51,570 bases of DNA from a virus (Duplodnaviria; Caudoviricetes). A program made the translations under genes and the position numbers. The notes below the pieces were generated by a model. It made no database searches. It saw only the letters and a program-made list of their open reading frames with translations, and was not told the DNA's origin. Shown piece after piece: positions 1 to 9,565 of this stretch (within the stretch, counting starts at the first letter, position 1; every line of letters starts with the position of its first letter). The DNA is taken from the IMG/VR virus record IMGVR_UViG_3300030372_001820, positions 1 through 51,570 of that record, one strand, 5' to 3'.

Positions 1-105
1 TTGACAGCTAAATATGCTTACCATAAATGCTAAGATAAAACCAAGTATTACAAATCCATGTAATATTCTACTTGCATCAGCCCATTGGTTTAGTTTTTTA
101 CTCAT
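1..105 (-). CDS. 5' part (truncated by window edge) of a putative lipoprotein; second allele of 49928..50188
   Basis: Reads MSKKLNQWADASRILHGFVILGFILAFMVSIFSCQ; 7 mismatches in 105 nt against 50084-50188. Confidence 0.85.
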   Translation of the reverse strand, partial: MSKKLNQWADASRILHGFVILGFILAFMVSIFSCQ

Positions 106-444
106 CTACCAAGGCTTTCCTTTTCCTGTAGTTGGATTTTCTTGTGCGTCTATTTGATTTGCAATACCATCTTCTATTGACTTAACCTCATCATCTCCAA
201 GTTCTGATTTTACCCAACCAACAACTGTATCTTCATCAAGTTTATTGTATTCCGTAAAGCTTGATAAATCCGATGTATCTAGTCCAACACAGCCATAGTT
301 ACCACCATCATATGTTACTTTTTCACCATCTTTTGTTACTTTTTTTGAATCAGTAGCACCCCAATGAACAGATGTAACTACGTTTGATTTACTGTCTTTT
401 GAAATTTCATAATCTAATTGTTTTATTGACCATTTAATTGACAT
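106..444 (-). CDS. Tail-fibre-associated small protein (possible chaperone or tip partner)
   Basis: 112 aa ORF with a WxI..VVTSVHW..FTEYNKL..VVGWVK..PW pattern, common downstream of marine phage fibre genes; follows fibre 742..2175 and the 82-aa gene. Confidence 0.6.
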   Translation of the reverse strand: MSIKWSIKQLDYEISKDSKSNVVTSVHWGATDSKKVTKDGEKVTYDGGNYGCVGLDTSDLSSFTEYNKLDEDTVVGWVKSELGDDEVKSIEDGIANQIDAQENPTTGKGKPW

Positions 445-445
445 T

Positions 446-694
446 TTATTCTTTACTTTCTTTTAATGAATCATCCCATGCTTTTTTTATTTCATCGGTG
501 AACATAGCTTCTGTCAATGCTTTAACCTCAGAAGATTCTTCTGAAACATCATCGCTTGGTTGTATGGTTCTTCTTTTATATGATGCAGATAACTGAACAC
601 CATCTTCCATAATTGCAGTCTTTTCTCTAACTGAAATTACATTGTAAGGTTTGTTTACTTGATAATCGTAAGTTATTTTTTTTTCTAAAGCCAT
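446..694 (-). CDS. Tail-fibre-associated small protein
   Basis: 82 aa, SD AGGAG upstream; MALEK..VRE..EDG..S..RR pattern usually found after DDYEEG-type fibres. Confidence 0.6.
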   Translation of the reverse strand: MALEKKITYDYQVNKPYNVISVREKTAIMEDGVQLSASYKRRTIQPSDDVSEESSEVKALTEAMFTDEIKKAWDDSLKESKE

Positions 695-741
695 TATTTA
701 CTCCTGTTTTCCATTTAATTATCTAATTAAAATCAATTTGT

Positions 742-2175
742 TCAATTTGTTACATATGTCATTTGAAATATGAATCCACCATCAGTTGAAAGCTCATCAA
801 ATGTTAATTGAGAGGTTCCTGTTGATACATCCCAAGAATTTAAAGCAGCGTATGCTGAACCATTGTGGTCTAAATTTAAAGATATATGACCTGTTGCAGT
901 TATGTCTAATCCTTGAGCATATCCAATCGTACCAGCAGAGTACAAATTAGATGTTGAATGAGAAACATAAGGTATGTTTCTTAAATAAACAAAAGCACTT
1001 CCACTAATGCCACTTTGACTATTGCAAACAACATACCCTTGAATATGAACTTTATCTCCAATTTTAGTATATCTTGCAACTGCTGTACTTGTTCCAGCGA
1101 GAGTACCTCCACTAGCCGCATTAGCTAATTGTGGTGTCCAAGTACCTTCTTCGTAATCATCAAGAGCGTTTGCTGCTGCTGTATCACCATTGAATGTTAT
1201 ACCACCACCATTGAGAATACGTAATTTTTCACCATCACTTGTTAAAAATCTAAATATTGAACCACTAACATTATTTTGAAAATAACTTTGACCTCCTACA
1301 TTAGCAATCCAAAAATGTCCAGTTGCATCTGTGTCTGTTAATGCTATTGTAGGTTGTACGTTCTTTATAGATAAACCTCTTGAAGCAGAACCAAAAGAAG
1401 TTAATGCAGTTGAAGGTGAGTTGTCTCCAAGTCCCAAATCTCCATCACCTGTAAGACGCAATTGTTCAGCAGGACTTACAGAACCAACAGCAATAGTTTC
1501 AAAAGTCATAGCAGTCTCTTGATTAGACCTATTATCATTACCATCACCAGTTGTAACAATAGTTTTAATATTACCACCTTGATAAGAAAAATCTGTACCT
1601 TGACCTTCAAACATAATTTGACCAAGTACATCACCTGCTTGGGTATCAGCTTGACCACTACCAGAATTATTTCTTGCTCCAAGTGCAAGTTTTATTTGAC
1701 CACCTATGGCTGAACCTGTTCCTCCAAGATTAGATTGAATTATCATTCCTGTTTCAGATGAGGTTGAAGCAATGTGCATATTATTATCGGGACTATCTGT
1801 ACCAATACCTACGTTAGATTCTTTAATAACCATTGTAGGTGAATATCCACTATAAGCATCTGTTAATCTTCTAAATCCTAATAGACCACTATCAGAATAC
1901 ATTTGATAGTTTTTAACATTACTTCCTGCATTTGTATCTGATAACATCACACCAGTTGAAGCAGTATCAGATATGTGCAAGTTGCTTTGTGGTGAAGTTT
2001 CGCCAATACCCACTTTCAAATTACTTTTATCTAAAGTAATTGGAGCTACTAAATTTTCTACTGTAATCTTTTTTGTTTGAGGAACACTTGTGTCAACAAT
2101 AGCAAGAACATCTCCTGCTACGTCTGCGCTAGCACTTGCTAATGCTGTTAATTCACTAATCTTTACATCTGCCAT
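742..2175 (-). CDS. Tail fibre / receptor-binding protein, variant A (DDYEEG-type C-terminus, no S74 chaperone)
   Basis: MADVKISEL N-terminal anchor, NVGIGTxSP repeats, C-terminal ALDDYEEGTWTP..YTKIG motif. Confidence 0.85.
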   Translation of the reverse strand: MADVKISELTALASASADVAGDVLAIVDTSVPQTKKITVENLVAPITLDKSNLKVGIGETSPQSNLHISDTASTGVMLSDTNAGSNVKNYQMYSDSGLLGFRRLTDAYSGYSPTMVIKESNVGIGTDSPDNNMHIASTSSETGMIIQSNLGGTGSAIGGQIKLALGARNNSGSGQADTQAGDVLGQIMFEGQGTDFSYQGGNIKTIVTTGDGNDNRSNQETAMTFETIAVGSVSPAEQLRLTGDGDLGLGDNSPSTALTSFGSASRGLSIKNVQPTIALTDTDATGHFWIANVGGQSYFQNNVSGSIFRFLTSDGEKLRILNGGGITFNGDTAAANALDDYEEGTWTPQLANAASGGTLAGTSTAVARYTKIGDKVHIQGYVVCNSQSGISGSAFVYLRNIPYVSHSTSNLYSAGTIGYAQGLDITATGHISLNLDHNGSAYAALNSWDVSTGTSQLTFDELSTDGGFIFQMTYVTN

Positions 2176-3794
2176 TATTTACCTTCCAATTCTTCTACTT
2201 TTGCTGATATCTCTTGAACTGCTTTAGTTAAATGTGCAACTATACCACTTGTATTAATAGATTTACCAAAGTTATTAAAACCTTTATCTTCATCTTCAAT
2301 TACATCACCAACTCTACCACTTGCATAATCTGTATTAAAATCTTCACCCTCAACATCATTTGGTAATAATTTTTCTACCTCTTGTGCAATAAATCCTGAA
2401 TTACTACCTTTTTTTTTATTCTTCCAATCAAATGTTACTGGATTGAGTTTATTCACAACAGAAAGACCACTATCTATTGTTTTAATATTTTCTTTTAAAC
2501 CAATATCTGAAGTATCATTAAAATCACCAGAAATAACTTGTGAAGTGCTTACACTATATACACCTGCACTATCATCATTATCATATAAAACATAAACTCC
2601 ATTAGCTACATAAATTTCATAGTCAGCAGTTCCTCCAGATGAATTTGTTTCTTGATATCTTATAAATGGTACACCTCCTGTCTTCATATGTATACCTTTA
2701 GTAGCACCAGTTCCAGAAGCAGGTACCCCTGTATCAAGACCAAGAATACCATCGCTTGAAATTGTCATAGCTACACCTGCGTTAGTTTTGAAATCCATAG
2801 CATTGCCATCATGATTATATCTAATTCTACCTATATCATTATCACCAGAATCACCAAAGTAAATTGCACCTTCTCCACTTGTACCAGATAATATACTTAA
2901 ACCGGCGTTACTGCTATTTTCTATTGCTAATTGGTCAGCAGAACCATGAACGGATGCTCCAGAATCAGCTTGTTTTACATGGAGTGTAGCTAAAGGTAAA
3001 CTTTCGCCTATACCAACATTCCCACCAGATGTAATACGCATTCTTTCTGATACAGTATTGTTTTCAGCAACAGCAAAACTCATATAAGCATCTCTACCTG
3101 AATCAACATGCCAAGAATCTTCTTTACCTATTCCTACATAACCTGCAAAACCAAAACTTGCTTCACTTCCTCCATCATCACCAAATGCCCAACCTATTCG
3201 TTGTTCAATATTTGCTGTTGTGTTGCTATGTTGCCACACATTTACTATATTGTAATGGTTAGACTGGTCAGAACTTCTTACTGTTAAATTACCATCACCA
3301 GATGAAGCAATATTCTCTCCAAAAGTTGTGCCAATACCCAATTTCCCATCAGCTGTAATCTGCATTCTTTCAGTATTGTTTGTAGCAAACACTACTGGTA
3401 AATTACTTACACATCCAAATACCATAGCGTTTTCTGTGTTTGTAGTAAATAAGGAACTGCTATTGTTGTTGTCCATTCCAACAATACCTTCTTGTGTTTT
3501 ACCATCTGTGTAAAATCTTATAAAACAATCTTCTTGCCCAGAGTTATTAGAGTCTGCTTCAAGTCTTACTTCTATACTACCTGCGTCTTTTAAATTTAAA
3601 AGTGTGTCTGGACTTGAAGCTCCTATACCTACTCTTGAGTTGCTTTTATCTAGTGTAATTGGTGCTACAAGGTTTTCTATTGTTATTTTTTTAGTCTGTG
3701 GTACGCTAGTATCTACGATTGCTAGCACATCAGCAGATACATCAGAACTAGCAGATGCTAGTGCTGTAAGTTGACTAATTTTTACGTCTGCCAT
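2175..3794 (-). CDS. Tail fibre protein with C-terminal intramolecular chaperone (peptidase S74)
   Basis: ERMRITSxGNVGIG repeats; SDIGLKENI..LNPVTFDWK..GFIAQEV..LTKAVQEIS signature; N-terminus nearly identical to 742..2175. Confidence 0.9.
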   Translation of the reverse strand: MADVKISQLTALASASSDVSADVLAIVDTSVPQTKKITIENLVAPITLDKSNSRVGIGASSPDTLLNLKDAGSIEVRLEADSNNSGQEDCFIRFYTDGKTQEGIVGMDNNNSSSLFTTNTENAMVFGCVSNLPVVFATNNTERMQITADGKLGIGTTFGENIASSGDGNLTVRSSDQSNHYNIVNVWQHSNTTANIEQRIGWAFGDDGGSEASFGFAGYVGIGKEDSWHVDSGRDAYMSFAVAENNTVSERMRITSGGNVGIGESLPLATLHVKQADSGASVHGSADQLAIENSSNAGLSILSGTSGEGAIYFGDSGDNDIGRIRYNHDGNAMDFKTNAGVAMTISSDGILGLDTGVPASGTGATKGIHMKTGGVPFIRYQETNSSGGTADYEIYVANGVYVLYDNDDSAGVYSVSTSQVISGDFNDTSDIGLKENIKTIDSGLSVVNKLNPVTFDWKNKKKGSNSGFIAQEVEKLLPNDVEGEDFNTDYASGRVGDVIEDEDKGFNNFGKSINTSGIVAHLTKAVQEISAKVEELEGK

Positions 3795-3803
3795 AATCTA
3801 TCC

Positions 3804-3932
3804 TTATAAAATTAAATAACCACCATCTTCAGATACTAAATTTTTAGCATCTTCTGTATGTAGGTTACCAAACAATATGTCTTTAACTTTAGAGATTTCA
3901 CTTATAATTCCAATCCCTAAACTTAGCCACAT
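3804..3932 (-). CDS. 42-aa virion/fibre adaptor peptide (absent from ORF track)
   Basis: MWLSLGIGIISEISKVKDILFGNLHTEDAKNLVSEDGGYLIL*; fills the gap between genes; LxxEDG motifs typical of fibre-anchoring proteins. Confidence 0.65.
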   Translation of the reverse strand: MWLSLGIGIISEISKVKDILFGNLHTEDAKNLVSEDGGYLIL

Positions 3933-3940
3933 ATTAACCA

Positions 3941-4243
3941 TTAAAACGCACCTTCATATGCAATTACTGAACCAGTTGCTAATGTAAAACCTGTAAATTG
4001 ACCAAATAAAGTTAACCCTGTAGGAAATGTATTATTTGTATCAATATCGTCACCATTGCCACCTGATGTGCCAATAAATGCAGAACTGTTTGGTGTGAGA
4101 GTAGTAAATGTAGTGTCAGATAAAAATTGAATTGCTACAATTTTTTTTCCTGTTATGGCAGTTGTGCCATCTTCTATGAAACATCCAACACCACCTAGAG
4201 AAACGTTTGCCGCTTCTTTGACGGATAATTGATTTAAGCTCAT
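3941..4243 (-). CDS. Small virion structural protein
   Basis: 100 aa beta-rich ORF ending GSVIAY, AAGGA RBS, in the tail module. Confidence 0.6.
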   Translation of the reverse strand: MSLNQLSVKEAANVSLGGVGCFIEDGTTAITGKKIVAIQFLSDTTFTTLTPNSSAFIGTSGGNGDDIDTNNTFPTGLTLFGQFTGFTLATGSVIAYEGAF

Positions 4244-4306
4244 ATTATCTTCCTTGTATTTTGTGTGTCTTACCGCCCGAAGATAGCTGACATGGACACA
4301 TCTTTT

Positions 4307-4669
4307 TTATTCTTCGATAAGCCAACCTAAAGATAAAAGGTCTTTTGGAGACATCTTAACTTGTTTCAATGCAGAAATTTTAACTTTTTTTGCATCTATT
4401 TCGACTTCTTCGTTTACGAGTTCTTCGTACTCTGTAACAAATTTTTTCCAGTTTTTACTTTCTGGTTTAATCTCTAATCCTTCACCATCTTCCGTTTTGG
4501 TGCCATATTTTTCTAACATAGATTGTCTTGTTTTTTCAAAAGTTTCTAGTTCTGATTGTACACTTGAAACTGTTTTACCAATTCTAAAACTAGTTAATGC
4601 ATCCATTGGTTCTTCTACTAATTTTTGCAAAGCTTCATTCTGTACTAAAAAAGCTAACTTAACTTTCAT
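4307..4669 (-). CDS. Hypothetical protein, tail module (possible assembly chaperone)
   Basis: 120 aa helical ORF, AAGGAG RBS, own promoter-like motif upstream. Confidence 0.6.
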   Translation of the reverse strand: MKVKLAFLVQNEALQKLVEEPMDALTSFRIGKTVSSVQSELETFEKTRQSMLEKYGTKTEDGEGLEIKPESKNWKKFVTEYEELVNEEVEIDAKKVKISALKQVKMSPKDLLSLGWLIEE

Positions 4670-4692
4670 TTTTACTCCTTAATTAAATTTAA

Positions 4693-4725
4693 TAAATTTA
4701 CAACAATAAAGCATCTTTATTCAAG
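4693..4725 (-). promoter_or_regulatory. Putative promoter CTTG-N21-TAAATTTA
   Basis: Intergenic, upstream of 4307..4669; same motif and spacing class at four other operon starts. Confidence 0.55.
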
Positions 4726-4730
4726 ATATA

Positions 4731-5030
4731 TTATACACCTTCTCTATCAGCATTATACCATTGGCTAATAGTGTGCGGTGTTTCACCATCTTCTGCCCCT
4801 TCGTCAAAGTTTGGCACATACCAACCATTAAGTGTGTCTATTTCATCTTTAAAAGCTCCACCAGCCAAACTGCCTTCTCCTGCTGGCAAACTGCATAAAG
4901 CTTCTAATGAATTAAATCCTAAGTTTTTTTCTGTATTTGTAGGTTCGTAAACTCCCAAACTTCCATCATTAGATTTAACTTCTCGCATAATATTGCCCAT
5001 AGAAATTTGACCTGATGCTTGTAACGCCAT
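4731..5030 (-). CDS. Tail-fibre-associated protein (MALQASGQIS type)
   Basis: N-terminal MALQxSGxIS motif commonly follows S74-containing fibres. Confidence 0.6.
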   Translation of the reverse strand: MALQASGQISMGNIMREVKSNDGSLGVYEPTNTEKNLGFNSLEALCSLPAGEGSLAGGAFKDEIDTLNGWYVPNFDEGAEDGETPHTISQWYNADREGV

Positions 5031-5031
5031 T

Positions 5032-5295
5032 TTAATCGCCTTTTAAAGCTTCGTAGTCTGTTTTAAGCAAAGTCAAAGATTCTTTTTCAACAGTAAGTTT
5101 ATCAATGTATTCTTGAACTTTTTTTAATTCAAAATCTATACCCTCTGGAGAAGGACAAGGTATTTTATCTTCAGGTAATTCTTCTCCAGTATCAACGTCA
5201 TATCGTTTTGACACTATATAAATCTTATCATCTTCCTTACTTAAAGCACTTTTACCTTTTGTTTTTTTTACTTTATAATTTTTAGTTGCTTCCAT
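5032..5295 (-). CDS. Hypothetical protein, tail module
   Basis: 87 aa ORF overlapping the fibre stop; C-terminal coiled coil. Confidence 0.55.
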   Translation of the reverse strand: MEATKNYKVKKTKGKSALSKEDDKIYIVSKRYDVDTGEELPEDKIPCPSPEGIDFELKKVQEYIDKLTVEKESLTLLKTDYEALKGD

Positions 5296-8200
5296 TTTTC
5301 AAATCCTCAATTTCTTTTTTTAAATCTTTTATTGATTCTACCAATACAGGTACTAATTTAGCATAATCTACTGTCAAAAAAGAACCTTTATCGTTTAAAC
5401 CGCTTGTTCTTTTAACTAACTCAGGAATTACCTCTCGTACTTCTTGCGCTATAAAACCAACATCATGTTTTTTAGCATAGTCTTTTCTATTCCAATCAAA
5501 CTCTACACCACGAAGTTTTAAAACATCATCTAATCCGTATTTAATATCTGCTATATTTTTCTTAAGCCTTTTATCTGACCCTATCGTATTAGAATATGCT
5601 ATAACATCTGCATCGCAATGAACATCGCCATCACTCTCGATTCTCATACGTTCTATTACAGAAGAACCGCTATAAGTACTAAACCTTAACTCATACCCAC
5701 TATTTGCTATGCTTGCGTTTCCATTAGACCATGTAATTTGATATCCAGTAGACATATATATATGACCACCTTCAACAGATAACTTTTGATATCCACCTGT
5801 TCCTCCAATAGCAACATTATTATTACTTTTAATACGAATTGCTTCACCTGCTGCTGTATAAAACCTATACGTTGAACCACTAACATTGTTTTGGAAATAG
5901 GTTATTCCTCCTGCATTGGATATCCAAAAATGCCCACTTCCTGTATCTGTATCTGTTAATGCTATTGTAGGTTGTACGTTTTTTATAGATAAACCTCTTG
6001 AGGCAGAACCAAAACTTGTTAATGCAGTTGAAGGTGAGGTGTCGCCTATGCCCCAATTTCCATCATTGTCTAATCGGGCTTTAGTAGACCAAGTAGAGCC
6101 ATCCCAACTTGCCCAATATAAACTATGTTGATATGTATGAAACGAGTATCCATCAGATGAGACACCAATAGTTGTTAAGCTGTCATCATTTTGTATTCTT
6201 ATAGTTTCGCTTGTATTGGTAGTTACTTTTGCGTGAATTTTACCAGCAGGACTAGACGTTCCCACGCCTATTCGAATTTCACCAGAATTAGTACCATCAA
6301 GAATTACACTACCTTGTCCACCTGCTTGTAGTTGCATTTTATTAGCAGAAAATTCTGAAATAAAAGTATGACCACTTGCACCATCAAAAAATAAAGTTTT
6401 AGTTGTTGCTAAATTAACATCACCTGCAAATGTAGTATTTCCAGAGCTGTCTATGGTAAGTCTAGTTGCAGATTGTGCATCATCTACTATAAATAATGAG
6501 TTGTTAGATGTACCAAGATAATATCTACCAGTACCACTTCCAGTTCTTTCAAGGTATAATTGGTCTGTACTAGATGCTACAGATACGTGCAATCCACTTA
6601 CGTCATTTTCTGGACTTGCAGTTCCTACACCTAATGAACCTCCGTTAATATAAGAATCACCTGCTGTATGAAATGCAACTTTATTTGAACCTGCACTTTT
6701 CATACGAAAATAACCTTGGTCTAAAGCAGAACCTGAAGAACCTGCTCTACCAATAGAAACAAGTTCATAATCAGCAGAACTAACAAAGAATCTTGCACCA
6801 TCTGCTGTAACATTTACGTCACCTGCAAAAGTAACTCCACCAGCATCATTATAAGTCAATCCTGTATCGTCACCATCTTTATTTTGCAATCTAATTTGGT
6901 CTCCTCTAAGCGTAAGAGAGCCACTACCATTATCATGTTTTATAATAGACACATTAGATGAAGTTGGTATTATATCTAAATCACCATAAGAAGATGTATT
7001 TGAAAATGTTGTAGTTGATGAAAAGGTTTTAGCACCACTAAATGTTTGTGTACCTGAAAGATGAGCAGTATCTGCATCTAAATACGCACTTGCAATAACA
7101 GTACCATTCCAAGTACCTGTAGTTACTACGCCTGAACCACTAATCATAAACCTATTGGTACTGTCATTATACACACCAAAAGCAGCTGAAGCATCAGCAG
7201 CTACATCTACTTTAATTCCATAGTTTAGTGTAGTTTTGTCTATCCATATTCCCCAGTCATTGTCTTGTGATGCGCTGATATACAAAGAAGCATCGTATCC
7301 ACTTGCATCATTAGCAGTACCAGCGTTTATTGCAATACCTTTACCAGAGAATGTATATATACCAGTAATGGTTGTATTTGCATTTTTACGAACTATATCT
7401 GAATCAATAAATCCTTCATCTATTGTAGTAAATCCAGAAGCGATAGAACCTTGCGATAATGCTCCTACTTGCGTTATGCTACCTAAACCTATTGTAAGTA
7501 TATTAGGTGCGCCAGAACCACCAGCATCATCAGTTGTCCAATCGGTAGTTATGCCACCAGTACCTGTAATCTTAATATGTTCATCAATGTCTACAGTTAA
7601 AGAATCACCATCATCGTCTTGTATATGAATAGAAGGTAAAGTCCATGTTCCGTCTTTGCGTAAATATGTATTACCATGTGAAGATGCTCCTGCTAATACA
7701 AGACCAGCAGCGTAACTATTACCACTACCCATAACAGAATAAGTAGTATTAGTATCAGGTGCATTTACTTGTACAATATAAGGGTCTCCACTAGTACCAG
7801 CTCCTGTAACTGTGCTATTACCATAACTACCAGAATTAGCAGCTGCAAATTTTATGTATGTACCTTCTCCAATATTACTAGTACTTGTATCTGTTTCTGT
7901 AACAACAAAGTTAGACATAAGACTAGCAGTAGATTTAACCGCTGATGCGTGTTGTGTTACGCTACTTTGGGATATTCTTGCGTCTGCAAATGTTCCACTA
8001 GTTATTTTACTTGTAGCTAATGCTGGTATTTGACTTGCTAGCAATCCAGTTATATCCGAAACTACAAATGCAGTATTAACAAAATTAACTCCATTATGTC
8101 TTAAATAATGACCAGCAGATGGAGTGCTAGTTGTCATATCAGTTAAACTATTTGTACTAGCAGATTGCAAATAAGAGTTTAATTGCAACATAGCTTCTAC

Positions 8201-8818
8201 ATCATCAAGGGATAAAACTTCTATATTTCCTGTTCCAGAACTATCTCTACCTAAAAACGTATCAGTTGCGACCTGTTGTATCTTACTCACAGTTATAGCA
8301 TTATCTGTTACACTGAAAGCACCAGTTCCATTGTTATATGTTATAGGTGTAGATGCACTTAATGATGATAATGTTATATAAGAAAAAGATTGTATTTTGT
8401 CTTGTATAGCTGCTGATGTCATCAATGATGTATCGTTATCACTAAATGACTCACCGCTTGTTTGTAAAGAGTTAGCTGCTAATTCTGAAACAGTTAGTCC
8501 AGAAACATTTAATGTAACTGCTCCTGTAGTTCCACCACCAGATAATCCTGTACCTGCTGTAACAGATGTTATATCACCACTACCACCACCACTAGAAACA
8601 GTAGTAGAAGTAGAAGTAGTTCCTGTAGTTGATAAAGATGTGTAATGCCATTCTTTTGCTCTACGAACGTAGAGTCTTAAACCATCACCTTTTATAAAAT
8701 GTAATCTTATTTCACCTTCATAACCACTATTTTTTGGAGGGTAACCTTCATGAACTCTGTCAATTTGAGGTTTTTTCTGATGAAGAGTTCGTGATTCTCT
8801 TTCTGGTGTCGTGGACAT
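5282..8818 (-). CDS. Long tail fibre with C-terminal S74 chaperone
   Basis: 1178 aa Gly/Ser/Thr-rich; ITSVTAGTGLSGGG, GIGTxSP repeats; SDKRLKKNI..LRGVEFDW..GFIAQEV..VDYAKLVPVLVESIKDL. Confidence 0.9.
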   Translation of the reverse strand: MSTTPERESRTLHQKKPQIDRVHEGYPPKNSGYEGEIRLHFIKGDGLRLYVRRAKEWHYTSLSTTGTTSTSTTVSSGGGSGDITSVTAGTGLSGGGTTGAVTLNVSGLTVSELAANSLQTSGESFSDNDTSLMTSAAIQDKIQSFSYITLSSLSASTPITYNNGTGAFSVTDNAITVSKIQQVATDTFLGRDSSGTGNIEVLSLDDVEAMLQLNSYLQSASTNSLTDMTTSTPSAGHYLRHNGVNFVNTAFVVSDITGLLASQIPALATSKITSGTFADARISQSSVTQHASAVKSTASLMSNFVVTETDTSTSNIGEGTYIKFAAANSGSYGNSTVTGAGTSGDPYIVQVNAPDTNTTYSVMGSGNSYAAGLVLAGASSHGNTYLRKDGTWTLPSIHIQDDDGDSLTVDIDEHIKITGTGGITTDWTTDDAGGSGAPNILTIGLGSITQVGALSQGSIASGFTTIDEGFIDSDIVRKNANTTITGIYTFSGKGIAINAGTANDASGYDASLYISASQDNDWGIWIDKTTLNYGIKVDVAADASAAFGVYNDSTNRFMISGSGVVTTGTWNGTVIASAYLDADTAHLSGTQTFSGAKTFSSTTTFSNTSSYGDLDIIPTSSNVSIIKHDNGSGSLTLRGDQIRLQNKDGDDTGLTYNDAGGVTFAGDVNVTADGARFFVSSADYELVSIGRAGSSGSALDQGYFRMKSAGSNKVAFHTAGDSYINGGSLGVGTASPENDVSGLHVSVASSTDQLYLERTGSGTGRYYLGTSNNSLFIVDDAQSATRLTIDSSGNTTFAGDVNLATTKTLFFDGASGHTFISEFSANKMQLQAGGQGSVILDGTNSGEIRIGVGTSSPAGKIHAKVTTNTSETIRIQNDDSLTTIGVSSDGYSFHTYQHSLYWASWDGSTWSTKARLDNDGNWGIGDTSPSTALTSFGSASRGLSIKNVQPTIALTDTDTGSGHFWISNAGGITYFQNNVSGSTYRFYTAAGEAIRIKSNNNVAIGGTGGYQKLSVEGGHIYMSTGYQITWSNGNASIANSGYELRFSTYSGSSVIERMRIESDGDVHCDADVIAYSNTIGSDKRLKKNIADIKYGLDDVLKLRGVEFDWNRKDYAKKHDVGFIAQEVREVIPELVKRTSGLNDKGSFLTVDYAKLVPVLVESIKDLKKEIEDLKNGSN

Positions 8819-8819
8819 T

Positions 8820-9290
8820 TTACCTCACTGCAAAAGGAGAGGTAGGAAATGACATAGATGTTTTACGTTTATTACTTTCGTTATCGCCAACTTTTTTCCA
8901 AAATTCTCGCATATAGTATTCTTTGCGAGTTACATCTCCTTGAGAATCTCCTACTTGACTTTTCATATAATCTACAATAGACAATGCTAACATTCTGTTT
9001 ACATTAACATGAGAACTAGTGTCAGGAGTGGTGTCTTCAGTAAGACTGCTATACGTAGTAGATTCAGGGTCTTCATTTACAAATGGAACATCAATTGATG
9101 TGTGTTCAATTTTAAGACCATTCGTAATACTTTCATTTGGGTATATAAGTTGACTACCATGAAAATCTGATGGAACCCTTACTCTATTGCCACCTACTAA
9201 ATCAGTATTACCTGACTTAGAATATTGCCATAGATGTATTTGTTTTCCATGTAATTGATAAAACCAATTTTTATGTGTGTCAAAACTCAT
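8820..9290 (-). CDS. Putative tail/neck structural protein
   Basis: 156 aa; tightly coupled genes between MCP and fibres. Confidence 0.5.
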   Translation of the reverse strand: MSFDTHKNWFYQLHGKQIHLWQYSKSGNTDLVGGNRVRVPSDFHGSQLIYPNESITNGLKIEHTSIDVPFVNEDPESTTYSSLTEDTTPDTSSHVNVNRMLALSIVDYMKSQVGDSQGDVTRKEYYMREFWKKVGDNESNKRKTSMSFPTSPFAVR

Positions 9291-9565
9291 TCTGGGTCTG
9301 TATCCTCAGTTACTATAGAACTATGAGCTAATCTCCTAATTCTTTTGTATTTATTATCTGTTGTGTCTAAAACAGATACAGTTTTAATTTTTATTGTATC
9401 TGCTGGTAAGTCATAAGTAAGAGTACCATCTACAATATTTTGTTTAGTAGATTTTACATTTTCTTCAACATTAGATTGTATTAAATGTAAAGCATCTTTT
9501 ATGTATGCTAAAGCAAGTGTTTCATTTTTAATACCTGCTCGTTCCATTATTTCTAAAACAGTCAT
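9287..9565 (-). CDS. Putative head-tail adaptor / tail tubular protein A-like
   Basis: MTVLEIMERAG..YDLPAD..IK.V pattern typical of podovirus adaptor N-termini. Confidence 0.55.
   Translation of the reverse strand: MTVLEIMERAGIKNETLALAYIKDALHLIQSNVEENVKSTKQNIVDGTLTYDLPADTIKIKTVSVLDTTDNKYKRIRRLAHSSIVTEDTDPE

Noticed and set aside
742-8818. Diversity-generating retroelement or invertase shufflon acting on the fibres
   Set aside because: No reverse transcriptase or site-specific recombinase was found; the repeats are direct and the differences are not adenine-specific.
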